A stretch of DNA of 64,000 bases, from NCBI GenBank assembly GCA_051532035.1, contig JAOPTW010000045.1:15813-79812 (forward strand), in the 5' to 3' direction. The position numbers and the translations under genes were made by a program. This DNA comes from Fibrobacterales bacterium (lineage in GTDB: Bacteria; Fibrobacterota; Fibrobacteria; Fibrobacterales; JAOPTW01). Shown piece after piece: positions 48,034 through 58,515 of the stretch. Numbering within the stretch: position 1 is the stretch's first letter; every line of letters begins with the position of its first letter. The notes under the pieces are model-generated. The model had not been told where the DNA came from. It searched no databases and saw only the letters and a list, made by a program, of their open reading frames with translations.

Positions 48034-48821
48034 AAGATTTGATGAATATTGCATTAGAAGCGTGTAAACGGGGACAATCAGAAATACTAAAAGTTCAAAA
48101 CAACGACCTTTCTATTGAATGGAAAGAGGATGCGACTCCGGTCACTATTGCTGACCAAAATGCTGAAGAGGCAATGCGCGAATTTTTTCAAAAAGAAACC
48201 CCTGACTTTGGTATAATCGGTGAAGAATTTGCTACTGCCGATTCCGATTCTGAATATAACTGGATCATTGATCCTATAGATGGTACTAAGTCTTTTATTG
48301 CTGGAGTCCCACTGTATGGAACCCTTTTGGGGCTGTACAAAGGCAATGATCCTGTTCTTGGTATTATCAACCTTCCAGCACTAGGGCAATGCCTCTCTGC
48401 TCAAAGTGGAAGTGGGCTTTTTCTGAATGGTTCATTAATTAAGCCTTCTGTTGAACAACTTCCATTAGAAAAATCAATTGTGCTCTCTGGTACCATTAAC
48501 ACTATCGAAGAGATGGGAAAAGGCCCTGCGTTTAAAAAATTACGTGATGCCGCCTGGCTTTATCGAGGCTGGGGAGACTGTTACGGGTATTTTCTGGTTG
48601 CACTCGGTCGGGCTCAGCTCATGTATGACCCTGTGGTTTCGGTGTGGGATATCGCCCCCATGGAAGTATTAATGAAAGAAGGTGGCGGTGCCTTTTCATT
48701 TTCTGATGGAAATGTCCTGAACTTGTTCGATGATACTGGTAAATTAAGCTTCAAAAGTGATCAATTTGATAGTTTAGCAACTAATATGCTGAATCATGAG
48801 GAAATTTTAAGATATTTTTGA
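48030..48821 (+). CDS. hisN: Histidinol-phosphatase, inositol monophosphatase family
   Basis: TPVTIAD, GEE, WIIDPIDGTKSF, RGWGDCYGY, WDIAP; overlaps hisC. Confidence 0.85.
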   Translation: MKDLMNIALEACKRGQSEILKVQNNDLSIEWKEDATPVTIADQNAEEAMREFFQKETPDFGIIGEEFATADSDSEYNWIIDPIDGTKSFIAGVPLYGTLLGLYKGNDPVLGIINLPALGQCLSAQSGSGLFLNGSLIKPSVEQLPLEKSIVLSGTINTIEEMGKGPAFKKLRDAAWLYRGWGDCYGYFLVALGRAQLMYDPVVSVWDIAPMEVLMKEGGGAFSFSDGNVLNLFDDTGKLSFKSDQFDSLATNMLNHEEILRYF

Positions 48822-48905
48822 TAGAATAGACCCAAAGTAGACATAACATACTCTTAGCTTTTGTGGGTTCAATAGGGAGAGAGTATGTAAAATATTTGAG
48901 GTCTT

Positions 48906-50042
48906 ATGAGCTTTGAACGATCACTAAAAGGTCCTTACGCTTGTTTTAAACTTGATGGTGATTTTACTGCAGGTCAAATTGTAAAGCTTAAAAACGCGTT
49001 AAACGACGACATACTTGACGGCAAAAAAGATATTGCCCTCGATGTTCGTGGTGTGAGTACCGTTGATGTCACAGGAATGCGTTTTCTAGAAAATCTACGT
49101 GAAGCACTAAATAAACAATCGCATGAGCTGGTTCTCTATGGGGCAAACCCTGACGTTGAAGAGAAGGCTGCAATTTCAAAAATAACTATCTATACATCTC
49201 AGGCCGATTTTGAGCGGGGGTTTCATGAAATGTCTGTAAAAAGTATTGATCATTATCTTGAGTTATCTGGTGGCGATGGTCAGGTTCGATCTCTTAATCT
49301 TGAGTGTCCGCTGTGTGGGTTTGAAAAAATTAAAGGGTTCATGCTCGATGAGTCGGTCCATGAATTGACGTGGGTTGACGGGGCGATTACCCCTGAGTGG
49401 CGTTTTTCTGGTAATAGTGAAAATGAGATAGACTACGACCTTTATACAGTGGCAGTCTGTTCAAACTGTTTCTTTGCGAGTCATCGTGCTGACTGGTTTA
49501 ATATGAGTGTGCTTGAAGGTAAAGTTGAAAGTGTCTTAACTCAGGACCAAAAAGATCGGATTGCAAACCATAATAATCAACGTAAAGACATTGGGCTTGA
49601 AATACAGGCAATTCGTGATCCTATGTTTTTTGCCATGCCGCGTGAACGGCAAGCGGCCTATGCCGCATGGAAACTTAATGAAATCACACTCCGTACTGAA
49701 GGCAAAGAGAAGGGGGATCTTGATGGCTTTGAAATAGCAGTGTGTAATTTTATGATGTGTAAGTTTGGTGATAAGCCAGAAGATATACCAATGCATCTTA
49801 ATACTGCAATGGCTTGGCTGTTGAGTATTCTGGAACATAAAAATCGCTATTCAACGCTGCGCATTGTTAAAACCTATGTTTACTGTATCAGTGTTGAGTT
49901 GGGGATGGGGCGCATGAAGAATGCAGAAGGGTATCTTCGAGATTTTGAGGAGCATTATCAGCATGATGACGAGTGTAAGATGTGGTTGCTCAGAGCTCGT
50001 GAGTTGATTCATGAAGAGAAAGAGAGTAAGAATCGGATGTAG
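48906..50042 (+). CDS. STAS + DUF2225-like (zinc-binding) protein
   Basis: N-terminal STAS (LDGDF...LDVRGV..VDVTG); CPLCG and VAVCSNCFFAS; helical TPR-like C-terminus. Confidence 0.75.
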   Translation: MSFERSLKGPYACFKLDGDFTAGQIVKLKNALNDDILDGKKDIALDVRGVSTVDVTGMRFLENLREALNKQSHELVLYGANPDVEEKAAISKITIYTSQADFERGFHEMSVKSIDHYLELSGGDGQVRSLNLECPLCGFEKIKGFMLDESVHELTWVDGAITPEWRFSGNSENEIDYDLYTVAVCSNCFFASHRADWFNMSVLEGKVESVLTQDQKDRIANHNNQRKDIGLEIQAIRDPMFFAMPRERQAAYAAWKLNEITLRTEGKEKGDLDGFEIAVCNFMMCKFGDKPEDIPMHLNTAMAWLLSILEHKNRYSTLRIVKTYVYCISVELGMGRMKNAEGYLRDFEEHYQHDDECKMWLLRARELIHEEKESKNRM

Positions 50043-50055
50043 ATAACAGCTCTTA

Positions 50056-52401
50056 TTAGCGGGATAGTGGCGTACCAATAAAAGCCTCTATCCCATACCC
50101 AGACCCCGTCAAACAAATCTCCAACGCCCCCTGATACCGCGTTGCATACCAAGGAATCCCCAATCTATCAAACTGTTCTCGAATATCTCTACTCGGATGT
50201 TTAAAGCGCTTATTGGTCCCAGCCGATATAACCGTTAGCTCCGGTTTTACTTTCCGTAAAAACCCAAGAGTAGAACTTGTATTCGACCCATGATGCGCCG
50301 CTTTAAGAATATCAATATCAGGAAGATCATAGTGCTCTAAAAGTTGTCTTTCTACGGGAGCTTCAATATCCCCCGTAAATAGGATGGACTGCTGACCCTG
50401 CCTCATAAGCATCACAAGAGAGTTATTATTCTCATTCTTATAGACAGTAGTAAGGGGAGCCAGTATATCAAACGTGAGCATGCCAAAGCCGGCTATGTTA
50501 TCGCCTCCACTTAGAGAGAGTATCGGAACTTCTTTCTCTGTTAAATGGCTCACCGTCTTTTCCCAATTGTCATCGTGATTGTCAGAGGGCGGTGTTGTAA
50601 AGACTGCACCAATCGTGATGGTTTCTACCAGTAGGGATAGGTTGCCGTAGTGATCTCTGTGCTTGTGCGTTATGACAATAGCATCCAGATGGTCTACTCC
50701 GTGGTGTTTTAAAAAGGGAATAAGGCGATACTGACCAATACTTTTGGAATCATACCCGGCATCGATAAGCATCGTTTTACCGTTACTACTTTCAATAAAC
50801 ATAGATTCACCATTACCAACAGCGATAACAGTGATGCGTGTTTGCTGGGTAATTGTTGTGTACAGCTCTCTACCGCCCCAGAGAATAATCCCAAAAGAGA
50901 AAACCAGGAGAGAGAAAGACTGTACTCTTTGGTTTTTAAAAAAGTGCGGGAGCGAGAGAATGAGGATGGTATATATGCCATAAGCTATCCCTTGAAAAGG
51001 GGCAATGGCCATTGGGGCTCCTACAACACTGTGGAAGAGTGCAATGGACTCTGTTGAAGCCAATGCAAAAAGGTTGGTCGAGTCTGCAATAATCGGTGAA
51101 AGTGATTGAGAGAGAGGTGAGAGTAACAGCGCTATGAGTGATGAGAGCAGAGTGAGGGAGATAAGCGGAACGGCAAAGAGGTTGCCGATAAATGAAGCTG
51201 GGGCAAAAGTGTTAAAGGTGTGAATGAGAATGGGCGCAGTTCCCGCTGTTGCAAAAAGAGTAATTGCCAAAGGGGAGTAGAGATATGGTGTGAGTCTTGA
51301 CTTTGGTAACAGCGGGGTTACACGATGAGAAAAATAGAGTATGGCAAAGGTGGCGCCAGCAGAGAGTTGAAAACCAATATCGGCAATTTGCATAGGTTCG
51401 ACACAGAGGATAAGAGCAATAGCAAGACCAAGTGCATTCATGCTGTATGCACGGCGCTCAAAGAGCCAGGCAAGAGCGATGAACGTGTACATTGTTGTTG
51501 CGCGCACTACAGAAGGCGGAAGGTTAACAATTAGTGCAAAAGTCCAAAGCAAAAGGATGGTTAACACAATAACCCCTTTCTTAGGAATTCGTATCAGAGT
51601 AAAGAGTGCTTGAATGATCAGGGCAATAAGAGCGATATGGAGTCCTGATATTGCAAGAAGGTGGTAGAGGCCGGTCTCTCTAAATTGTGTAGCGCTCTCT
51701 TGAGGGAGCTCTTTTTTATTTCCCAGCACCAGTGCTTTTATGAGCGGTGCGGTGTGGCTATCAAAGAGTGTGGTTATATGCTGAGAGAGAGCGACGCGAA
51801 TTCTATAAAAATATCCTCGCACACTATGATTCGAAGAATGAACGAGGCTCTCAGCATCGGCGGTATAAATACCTTTAAATCCTTTTGTATTAAGGAACGA
51901 GGCATAATCAAATTGGCCGGGATTGAGTACGGGAGAGGGTGTTTGTAGCGTTCCCTGAGCAAACAGCGAGTCTCCCACTATGAGGGCATGTGCTCGTGAT
52001 AAACCTTGAGTGGAATCATGGATTGGTATGTTCAGTTTTATCAGACCGAGTGGTGTAGAGAGGTCAAGGGTGAGCTGGCGTGGGGTTGATACAATGTTTT
52101 TAATAGAGCCCGCAAGGGCTGTTGTTGACGGGAGGGGAGTATCTTTTTGTAGGTTAATGACACTCCATTGGAGGGAAGCAATAGTAATACCCACTGCAAG
52201 AAAGAGCTTTGACTTTTTGGGTATTGCGAACAAGAGTGGCAGAATAAAGGCGCAAAAAAGGCCAGCGCTTAACACTACTGAGTGAAATGAAAACCCAACC
52301 GTAAGAAATGCAATCGCGAGTAATATTCCATAGTGATACTGAGTATGGCGAGCGCAATACTGGTATAATTCTTTAAGTGAGTTGAGTAGTGTTTTGAGCA
52401 T
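50056..52401 (-). CDS. comEC: Competence protein ComEC/Rec2
   Basis: NPGQFDY, GLYHLLAISGLH, SVVRA, GFQLS, THKHRDH, TGDIE, HHGS. Confidence 0.95.
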   Translation of the reverse strand: MLKTLLNSLKELYQYCARHTQYHYGILLAIAFLTVGFSFHSVVLSAGLFCAFILPLLFAIPKKSKLFLAVGITIASLQWSVINLQKDTPLPSTTALAGSIKNIVSTPRQLTLDLSTPLGLIKLNIPIHDSTQGLSRAHALIVGDSLFAQGTLQTPSPVLNPGQFDYASFLNTKGFKGIYTADAESLVHSSNHSVRGYFYRIRVALSQHITTLFDSHTAPLIKALVLGNKKELPQESATQFRETGLYHLLAISGLHIALIALIIQALFTLIRIPKKGVIVLTILLLWTFALIVNLPPSVVRATTMYTFIALAWLFERRAYSMNALGLAIALILCVEPMQIADIGFQLSAGATFAILYFSHRVTPLLPKSRLTPYLYSPLAITLFATAGTAPILIHTFNTFAPASFIGNLFAVPLISLTLLSSLIALLLSPLSQSLSPIIADSTNLFALASTESIALFHSVVGAPMAIAPFQGIAYGIYTILILSLPHFFKNQRVQSFSLLVFSFGIILWGGRELYTTITQQTRITVIAVGNGESMFIESSNGKTMLIDAGYDSKSIGQYRLIPFLKHHGVDHLDAIVITHKHRDHYGNLSLLVETITIGAVFTTPPSDNHDDNWEKTVSHLTEKEVPILSLSGGDNIAGFGMLTFDILAPLTTVYKNENNNSLVMLMRQGQQSILFTGDIEAPVERQLLEHYDLPDIDILKAAHHGSNTSSTLGFLRKVKPELTVISAGTNKRFKHPSRDIREQFDRLGIPWYATRYQGALEICLTGSGYGIEAFIGTPLSR

Positions 52402-52430
52402 TGATTTTATTTTTGATTGGTAGATAATCC

Positions 52431-54515
52431 CTATCCATATATAGCGCGTATCTTTTCGATAGCTTCAGGGTCACCAATGATAGTTAAGCGATCTTTCTCT
52501 TTAAAGGTGATATTCCCCCGAGGCACTATAACTTTACCTTTACGGTTGAGAAGTGCAACAAGACTGTTTTCTGGGAAGTTAACCTTCAACAGTTTTTCAT
52601 TGATGAGAATACTGGTTTTAGAGTGTGACCGCACCGTAAGTGAAATTGAGCGTTCATCTCTCAGAAGGACTTCTTTAAGCTGTTGCTCTGTTTTGGCACG
52701 CATCCACTTTTTCTGAAAATAGTCATCATCAACATGGCCTGCTATCTGTGCAAGAATTCTCAGATGTTGCGTGGGCTGGTCCAGTGGACTGACCAAGAAG
52801 ATTAGAGCAAAGACTGATTTGTTTTGTGAAGAAGTGGTATCTAAGGTAATATTGACCCCTTGTTTGGCCCTTACTAATACCATCTCAGCATGTGCAATAC
52901 CTTCAGATCTAAAATGGGGAAGGGCAACACCATGAGTCACGGGAGTGGCGCCAATACGAGTACCATCCAGAAGATGTGCTGCTATTTCTTCATCAGTTTC
53001 AGGGACAAATGCTGATAATATTGGGGAAACTTGTGCAACCACTGTTTCGAACTCTTCATGACCATCTATATCAATGATGGTACTGCGGGCTATAATTTCA
53101 TCAAAAGGGTCTTGAGCACGTAAGCCTTTCTCTTTCATGATACCGCGAAGCTCTTGGTCGAGGGCTTCATGGCGATTGTGGCCCAGTTTTTCAAATACAT
53201 GAAAGATTGCACCTGCCCTGTCTACATGTTCTTTAGCATAGTAGAAATACCACATGATACCAACAAATACGAGACCAATTGAGAATGTAGTAGGAAGCCA
53301 TCCCATTTCGGTAATGAGCCAAATAGGAGCAATAATTCCGACGATTTGTATCCATGGATAGAATGGAGATTTATACCCGGGATCATATGAATCGAGGCCA
53401 CTTTCACGCATAACAATAACAGTAAAACAAATGAGAGCAAACATAAGGAGTTGAAATGCACTTGCAAGTTTTGCGATTTTGAGAGGGTCGAGAAAGAGAA
53501 CTATTCCAACAATAATAGCGACCGTCAAAAGCAGTGAAATTGCAGGAGTTCCTTTTGATGTGATTTTACTAAATATAGCGGGAAATATTTTATCACGACT
53601 CATGGCAAGAGGATATCGTGAGGCACTCATCGTTCCTGCATTTGCCACAGAAACAAAGGCTATTAATGCAGCAACTGCAAGAATCAATCCACCTGTTTCT
53701 CCAAATATAATTTTTGCTGAATCAGCTACAGGGGTCATCGTTGATTTAAGCGCATCGAGTTCTAATGTTCCAATCATTACAGAGGTTCCGATGACATACA
53801 CAACCAGCGCGGTACCCAGTGATAAAAAGATACCACGAGGGAGGTTCTTTTCAGGGTCTTTAACTTCTTCGGATAAACTTGCGACACTGGTTACTCCAAC
53901 ATAACTAATGTACACCAATCCAGCCGTTGCAATTATCGACTCGGCACCTTCTTGGAAAAAATCATTAAAATGGTCAAGATTTATTTGCGGTGCTCCACCA
54001 AATATAAATACACTGAGTATTGCCACGAGCCCCAATACAAGGTACGTCTGAAAGCTTCCACTTTTTTTAGAACCAAAGTAGTTCAAAATTCCAAGTACTA
54101 CTGCTAATCCAACTCCAATGAGTTTAATGTGCTCAACAAGATCAGGATTAAACATTGCTATATAATAGCCCATACCGACCAAGGCAAAAGATACCTTTAA
54201 AATAAGAGCAAGCCAGGTACCAAGGCCTCCAATTGTCCCAAATAAAGGACCTAAACTCCTATCGAGAAAATAATAGACACCACCTGCTTTGGGCATTGCG
54301 GTACAAAGCTCTACAATACTGAACATGGCTGGAATGAGTGGTATTGTTGCAAGAATATAGGCAAGAACCATCGCTGGTCCAGCGCCTTGAGCAGCCATAC
54401 CAGGTAAGAGAAAAAAGCCGGCACTTAAAGTCGTGCCCGTTCCAATAGCATAGACACTAAAAAGTCCGAGTGACTTATCGAGTTTGGCTGGCTTATTTGT
54501 GTTTTTCTCATTCAT
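52431..54515 (-). CDS. APC amino-acid permease fused to PTS EIIA-2 and RCK_C (TrkA-C) domains
   Basis: GTTLSAGFF, PKAGG, SEEVKDP; GVALPH (EIIA); C-terminal VPRGN...DRLTIIG; start refined from 54536. Confidence 0.88.
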   Translation of the reverse strand: MNEKNTNKPAKLDKSLGLFSVYAIGTGTTLSAGFFLLPGMAAQGAGPAMVLAYILATIPLIPAMFSIVELCTAMPKAGGVYYFLDRSLGPLFGTIGGLGTWLALILKVSFALVGMGYYIAMFNPDLVEHIKLIGVGLAVVLGILNYFGSKKSGSFQTYLVLGLVAILSVFIFGGAPQINLDHFNDFFQEGAESIIATAGLVYISYVGVTSVASLSEEVKDPEKNLPRGIFLSLGTALVVYVIGTSVMIGTLELDALKSTMTPVADSAKIIFGETGGLILAVAALIAFVSVANAGTMSASRYPLAMSRDKIFPAIFSKITSKGTPAISLLLTVAIIVGIVLFLDPLKIAKLASAFQLLMFALICFTVIVMRESGLDSYDPGYKSPFYPWIQIVGIIAPIWLITEMGWLPTTFSIGLVFVGIMWYFYYAKEHVDRAGAIFHVFEKLGHNRHEALDQELRGIMKEKGLRAQDPFDEIIARSTIIDIDGHEEFETVVAQVSPILSAFVPETDEEIAAHLLDGTRIGATPVTHGVALPHFRSEGIAHAEMVLVRAKQGVNITLDTTSSQNKSVFALIFLVSPLDQPTQHLRILAQIAGHVDDDYFQKKWMRAKTEQQLKEVLLRDERSISLTVRSHSKTSILINEKLLKVNFPENSLVALLNRKGKVIVPRGNITFKEKDRLTIIGDPEAIEKIRAIYG

Positions 54516-54624
54516 ATTATATATGAATTTACTCAAAAGTGGCTTGTTTGTGTAATATAATGGTTTAAATTGGTTTTTTTAACAGCTTGAAATAAAATGT
54601 TCAAAGCCGCTAAAAATAACAAAC

Positions 54625-54653
54625 AAAAAAAGCCAGGGCATTTGCCCTGGCTT
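54625..54653 (-). terminator. Intrinsic terminator of fbaA
   Basis: Minus strand AAGCCAGGGCA-AA-TGCCCTGGCTT followed by a T run. Confidence 0.85.
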
Positions 54654-54677
54654 AGAAATAATTCAATAATTCAGTTT

Positions 54678-55709
54678 TTACATTCTACCGAGAGATGTTC
54701 CAACGGCATTAAGGTCTGCAGCAGCATCTTCAAGACGTTTAGCCATAGAGATTTCTGCTTTTTTAAGGTATGAACGTGGATCGTATACTTTTTTGTTTCC
54801 AACTTCACCTTCAACTTTAATAACTTGATCGTAGTTTTTGAAAAACTGATCAACGATAGGGCGAGTAAAAGCGTACTGAGTATCAGTATCGATGTTCATT
54901 TTAATAGTACCAGACTGGAGCGTTGCTCTGATGTCAGAAAGCTCTGATCCAGAACCACCGTGGAAAACGAGGAAACATTTTGTGTCAGCGCCAAATTCAG
55001 CTTTAAGAGCTTTTTGGCCTTCAGCAAGAATTTCTGGACGTAATTTCACGTTACCTGGTTTGTATACACCGTGTACGTTACCAAAAGTAGCAGCAAGCAT
55101 GTATGTTCCAAGAGGAGCAAGTGCTTTATGTGTTTGAACCATATCTTCTGGGCTTGTGTAAAGTTTGTCTGCAGCAACATCAGATGTATCGTGTCCATCT
55201 TCTTCACCACCTACAACACCGATTTCTACTTCGAGGATGATGCCGATTTTAGCACAACGCTCAAGAAGTTTTGCAGATGTTACGAGGTTTTCTTCAAGAG
55301 AAACAGTAGAACCATCATACATGTGTGAGTTGAAAAGAGGAGGTTGGCCAGCAGCAACACGTTTTTCAGACTCTTCAATAAGTGGAATCATCCAAGATTG
55401 AAGTTTGTCATCATGACAGTGGTCAGTGTGAAGAGCAATGTTTACATCGTACTCAGCAGCAAGAAAGCGTGCATAGTCAGCAAGTGCGATTGCACCTAAA
55501 ACCATATCGTTGCCAGTACCTTGTCCACCACCAAAAGCAGCTCCACCAGAAGAAACCTGAATGATTCCATCACAGTTTGCATTTTTGAAAGCAAGAAGTG
55601 CTGAGTTAACACCTTCAGAACTTACAACATTAACTGCAGGGTATGCAAAGTTTTTGTCGTATGCATTTTCGAGCATTTTTACATACCCGTTATAATCTAC
55701 TACTGCCAT
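54678..55709 (-). CDS. fbaA: Class II fructose-bisphosphate aldolase
   Basis: LHTDHC, SHMYDGS, GGEEDG, FGNVHGVYKPG, VFHGGSG, KMNIDTD, YDPR. Confidence 0.97.
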   Translation of the reverse strand: MAVVDYNGYVKMLENAYDKNFAYPAVNVVSSEGVNSALLAFKNANCDGIIQVSSGGAAFGGGQGTGNDMVLGAIALADYARFLAAEYDVNIALHTDHCHDDKLQSWMIPLIEESEKRVAAGQPPLFNSHMYDGSTVSLEENLVTSAKLLERCAKIGIILEVEIGVVGGEEDGHDTSDVAADKLYTSPEDMVQTHKALAPLGTYMLAATFGNVHGVYKPGNVKLRPEILAEGQKALKAEFGADTKCFLVFHGGSGSELSDIRATLQSGTIKMNIDTDTQYAFTRPIVDQFFKNYDQVIKVEGEVGNKKVYDPRSYLKKAEISMAKRLEDAAADLNAVGTSLGRM

Positions 55710-55882
55710 ATTTAATCCTTTGTAATCGTGATTTTTTATGGGCCAAAAGTTAGTAAAAATACAGGTGAATGCAACTATTATTACGGCATAGTTTTGGCGT
55801 TTTTAGCTCTTAAACACGTTATAATGTAACGTTTGCGCTATGAGTAAGTTTTTTGGACTAAAAAATGACTTTTGGGTCAGTA

Positions 55883-56656
55883 TTAAGAAAAAATGTAGAG
55901 TCCAGCAAGGCCTACAATCCACACATAGGGTGCAAAATAGAAGAACTTTCCGGTACGGACAAAGCTCAAGAGCCATTTAAGGGCTATGACACCAGTAACA
56001 AAGGCTGCCACAACTCCAAGAACCTCACCAAGGCCAATGTGTGCGCTGAGAGTAGGGTCAGACATGACATCCTTACCTTTTAATAGTACTGCGCCTAAAA
56101 TAGCAGGAATTGAGATAAGGAATGAGAATTCCCCTGCTTCTTTTCGTTTTATACCCAAGAGCATCGAGATGGCTATGGTTGATCCAGAGCGCGAAATACC
56201 AGGTATAATAGCAAAGCCCTGTACGAGCCCAATAAGGAGTGCTGTTTTAATAGTAAACTCTTTTTCGCCATCAGAGCGAAACTTCGTGATAAAGAGAAGA
56301 GTACCAGTAAGAAGGAGCGTTCCTGAAACTAAGAGTGGCTTGTCAAAGAGACCTTCAAGTGGATCTTTAAAGAGAATCCCAATAAGCCCTGTAGGAATAC
56401 AGGCAACAATAATAAGAACACACTTTTTTACCGATTCTGGATCACCAGTAAAGAGCCCCTTGATTAATGATATGATTTGCTCTCTGAATACAATGATTGT
56501 GGCAAGGAGTGTACCAAAATGAAGCATTAGGTCAAAAAACATGCCGTCTTCAATTTTGCCGAGTAATGAACTGAGGATAACCAAATGTCCACTACTACTC
56601 ACGGGTAAAAACTCTGTTAATCCTTGAATTACACCGAGAATAATTGATTCGAACAT
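55883..56656 (-). CDS. uppP: Undecaprenyl-diphosphate phosphatase
   Basis: QGLTEFLPVSSSGH, PGISRSGST, FSFL motifs. Confidence 0.96.
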   Translation of the reverse strand: MFESIILGVIQGLTEFLPVSSSGHLVILSSLLGKIEDGMFFDLMLHFGTLLATIIVFREQIISLIKGLFTGDPESVKKCVLIIVACIPTGLIGILFKDPLEGLFDKPLLVSGTLLLTGTLLFITKFRSDGEKEFTIKTALLIGLVQGFAIIPGISRSGSTIAISMLLGIKRKEAGEFSFLISIPAILGAVLLKGKDVMSDPTLSAHIGLGEVLGVVAAFVTGVIALKWLLSFVRTGKFFYFAPYVWIVGLAGLYIFS

Positions 56657-56783
56657 AAGATTTGCCTAAAATGAAAAATATGTGGGTTAAAATTTAAGAT
56701 ATTTAAACAGAATACCGATAGATAAAATAACGGATTGAGTTAATTTCAAAGGATTGAGTAGTATAACCAAGTCAGAGGTAATA

Positions 56784-57005
56784 ATGACTGATACTATTCT
56801 ACAATTTGCCGTAACAGTTGCGGTTGTGCTTGTTGCAAACTATTTTTTATTAAAGAGCTTTCGTGCCGATAGAGAAGTGGTAGAAGTCACTGTTCTCACA
56901 AAAGAGGAAGCCCAAGTAAGAAGTTTTTTGGAGCGTGATTATAGTGTGAAAATAAAAAAGAAATACACTCACCCCAAAATTGGTGAAGAGTACCGCTATC
57001 AATAA
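56784..57005 (+). CDS. Small single-pass membrane protein (73 aa)
   Basis: GAGG RBS; N-terminal TM helix. Confidence 0.65.
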   Translation: MTDTILQFAVTVAVVLVANYFLLKSFRADREVVEVTVLTKEEAQVRSFLERDYSVKIKKKYTHPKIGEEYRYQ

Positions 57006-57039
57006 CTGATATCTGCGCTCTGATCATAAAGGAGTCGGT

Positions 57040-57216
57040 ATGATGTTACGTATATTCGAGCTAATTGCAGTCCTAGTAGGGGTCTTCTTTTTTAACCGAT
57101 TAATCAAAAAAAGTATCGAAAAAGATGTAGATGATAATCCGGCCTCAGCAGTAAACAAGATGTATCGTAAATATGAGGTAGAAAGTGATGGGATTGAAGA
57201 GGATGCAATCCGGTAA
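57040..57216 (+). CDS. Small single-pass membrane protein (58 aa)
   Basis: AAGGAG RBS; MMLRIFELIAVLVGVFFFNRLIKKS...; not in the ORF track. Confidence 0.65.
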   Translation: MMLRIFELIAVLVGVFFFNRLIKKSIEKDVDDNPASAVNKMYRKYEVESDGIEEDAIR

Positions 57217-57320
57217 TAAGTAACGAATCGGTTTCTCTATTATTTATAAGGCATTCATTGATTGGTCAATCATCAATCAAATTCTATAATTAACATTCTA
57301 CACATCTTTTCTGGTTATTT

Positions 57321-58436
57321 GTGCGCGGTCTCTATCTTCATGTCCCTTTTTGTCCTGTAGTGTGCTCATACTGTGATTTTGCAGTAATGAAAGCTCCAAA
57401 ACGACTTCACAAGCGCTGGTTTGACTCTATTATCAATGAAGTTACAGAGAGGTCACGAGAGAATACCCATTTTGATACGCTCTATTTAGGGGGTGGGACT
57501 CCGTCAGTACTTTCAATCGAAATGCTCACTGCTCTTTTAGATACCCTCCATACTCTTCTTGATATCGATGCTCTTAAAGAGTGTACCATTGAGGTGAACC
57601 CAGAAAACGTAACGGAATCCTATATAGAGGCGTTAAAACTCCTTGGTATTACGCGGGTTTCCATTGGTATTCAATCATTTAATGATGCGCTATTAAAACG
57701 GTTAGGGCGGCCTCACTCTGTTGCTCGAGCAGTAGAAGCCCTCCGAATTATAGAGAGAAGTGGCCTAAGCTTTAGCCTCGACCTGATGTTTGGGCTACCA
57801 GATCAGACTGTTGCAGACTTTATGGAGAGCCTGGCTAGTGCCCTTACTTTCAATCCAGATCATATCTCATTTTATGGGTTAACCGTTGAACCCCACACGC
57901 GATTTGATCAGGAGTTTAAAAAGGGAGCACTCCATATTCCAGAAGATGATTACAATGAAATGTATCAAAGAGGAGTATCGCTTTTAGAAAGTGCGGGGAT
58001 TGAGCGTTATGAGGTTTCAAACTTTTCAAAATCGGGCTCTGAAGCACTGCATAATAGGCTCTATTGGAATCATCAGGAGTATCTTGGTGTCGGGCCTGGT
58101 GCTCATTCATTCCTTGGAGGAATACGGAGTTATGGACCAAGAAAATTTCGTGATTGGGAGAGGTGGATAGAAAAGGGGACAACGCTATCTGAGATGGAGA
58201 GCGAAGAAATAAAAGGGAATACATTATATAATGAGTCTCTCTGGCTAGGACTTCGACAGAGAAGTGGCGTAGATGTTTCGCTCATCGCTCATGCTGATCA
58301 GAAGGGTCTGTTACAAAAATGGGTAACCAAGGGATATCTTTTAGAAGAAAGCGGTCGAGCAGTATTAAAGGGAGAGGGCTGGATCTACCTCGATGAAATT
58401 ACTGCTGATTTAATGCGCTCTACAGGTGATGAGTAG
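57321..58436 (+). CDS. hemW: Radical SAM heme chaperone HemW
   Basis: YLHVPFC...CSYCDF, GGGTPS, YEVSNF, HN..YW, GPGAHS. Confidence 0.92.
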   Translation: MRGLYLHVPFCPVVCSYCDFAVMKAPKRLHKRWFDSIINEVTERSRENTHFDTLYLGGGTPSVLSIEMLTALLDTLHTLLDIDALKECTIEVNPENVTESYIEALKLLGITRVSIGIQSFNDALLKRLGRPHSVARAVEALRIIERSGLSFSLDLMFGLPDQTVADFMESLASALTFNPDHISFYGLTVEPHTRFDQEFKKGALHIPEDDYNEMYQRGVSLLESAGIERYEVSNFSKSGSEALHNRLYWNHQEYLGVGPGAHSFLGGIRSYGPRKFRDWERWIEKGTTLSEMESEEIKGNTLYNESLWLGLRQRSGVDVSLIAHADQKGLLQKWVTKGYLLEESGRAVLKGEGWIYLDEITADLMRSTGDE

Positions 58437-58456
58437 AATACTTATTTTTGGGCAAG

Positions 58457-58488
58457 AAAAAAGACTTCTCCTGCTTAAAAGAGAAGCC
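58457..58488 (-). terminator. Intrinsic terminator
   Basis: Minus strand GGCTTCTC...GAGAAGTC followed by T6. Confidence 0.6.
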
Positions 58489-58515
58489 ATAAGATATCTC
58501 AATTATATATAAAGC

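Noticed and set aside
50709..56522. Numerous 60-180 aa antisense or alternate-frame ORFs here and across the window
   Set aside because: Shadows of well-supported genes, without RBSs or recognisable motifs
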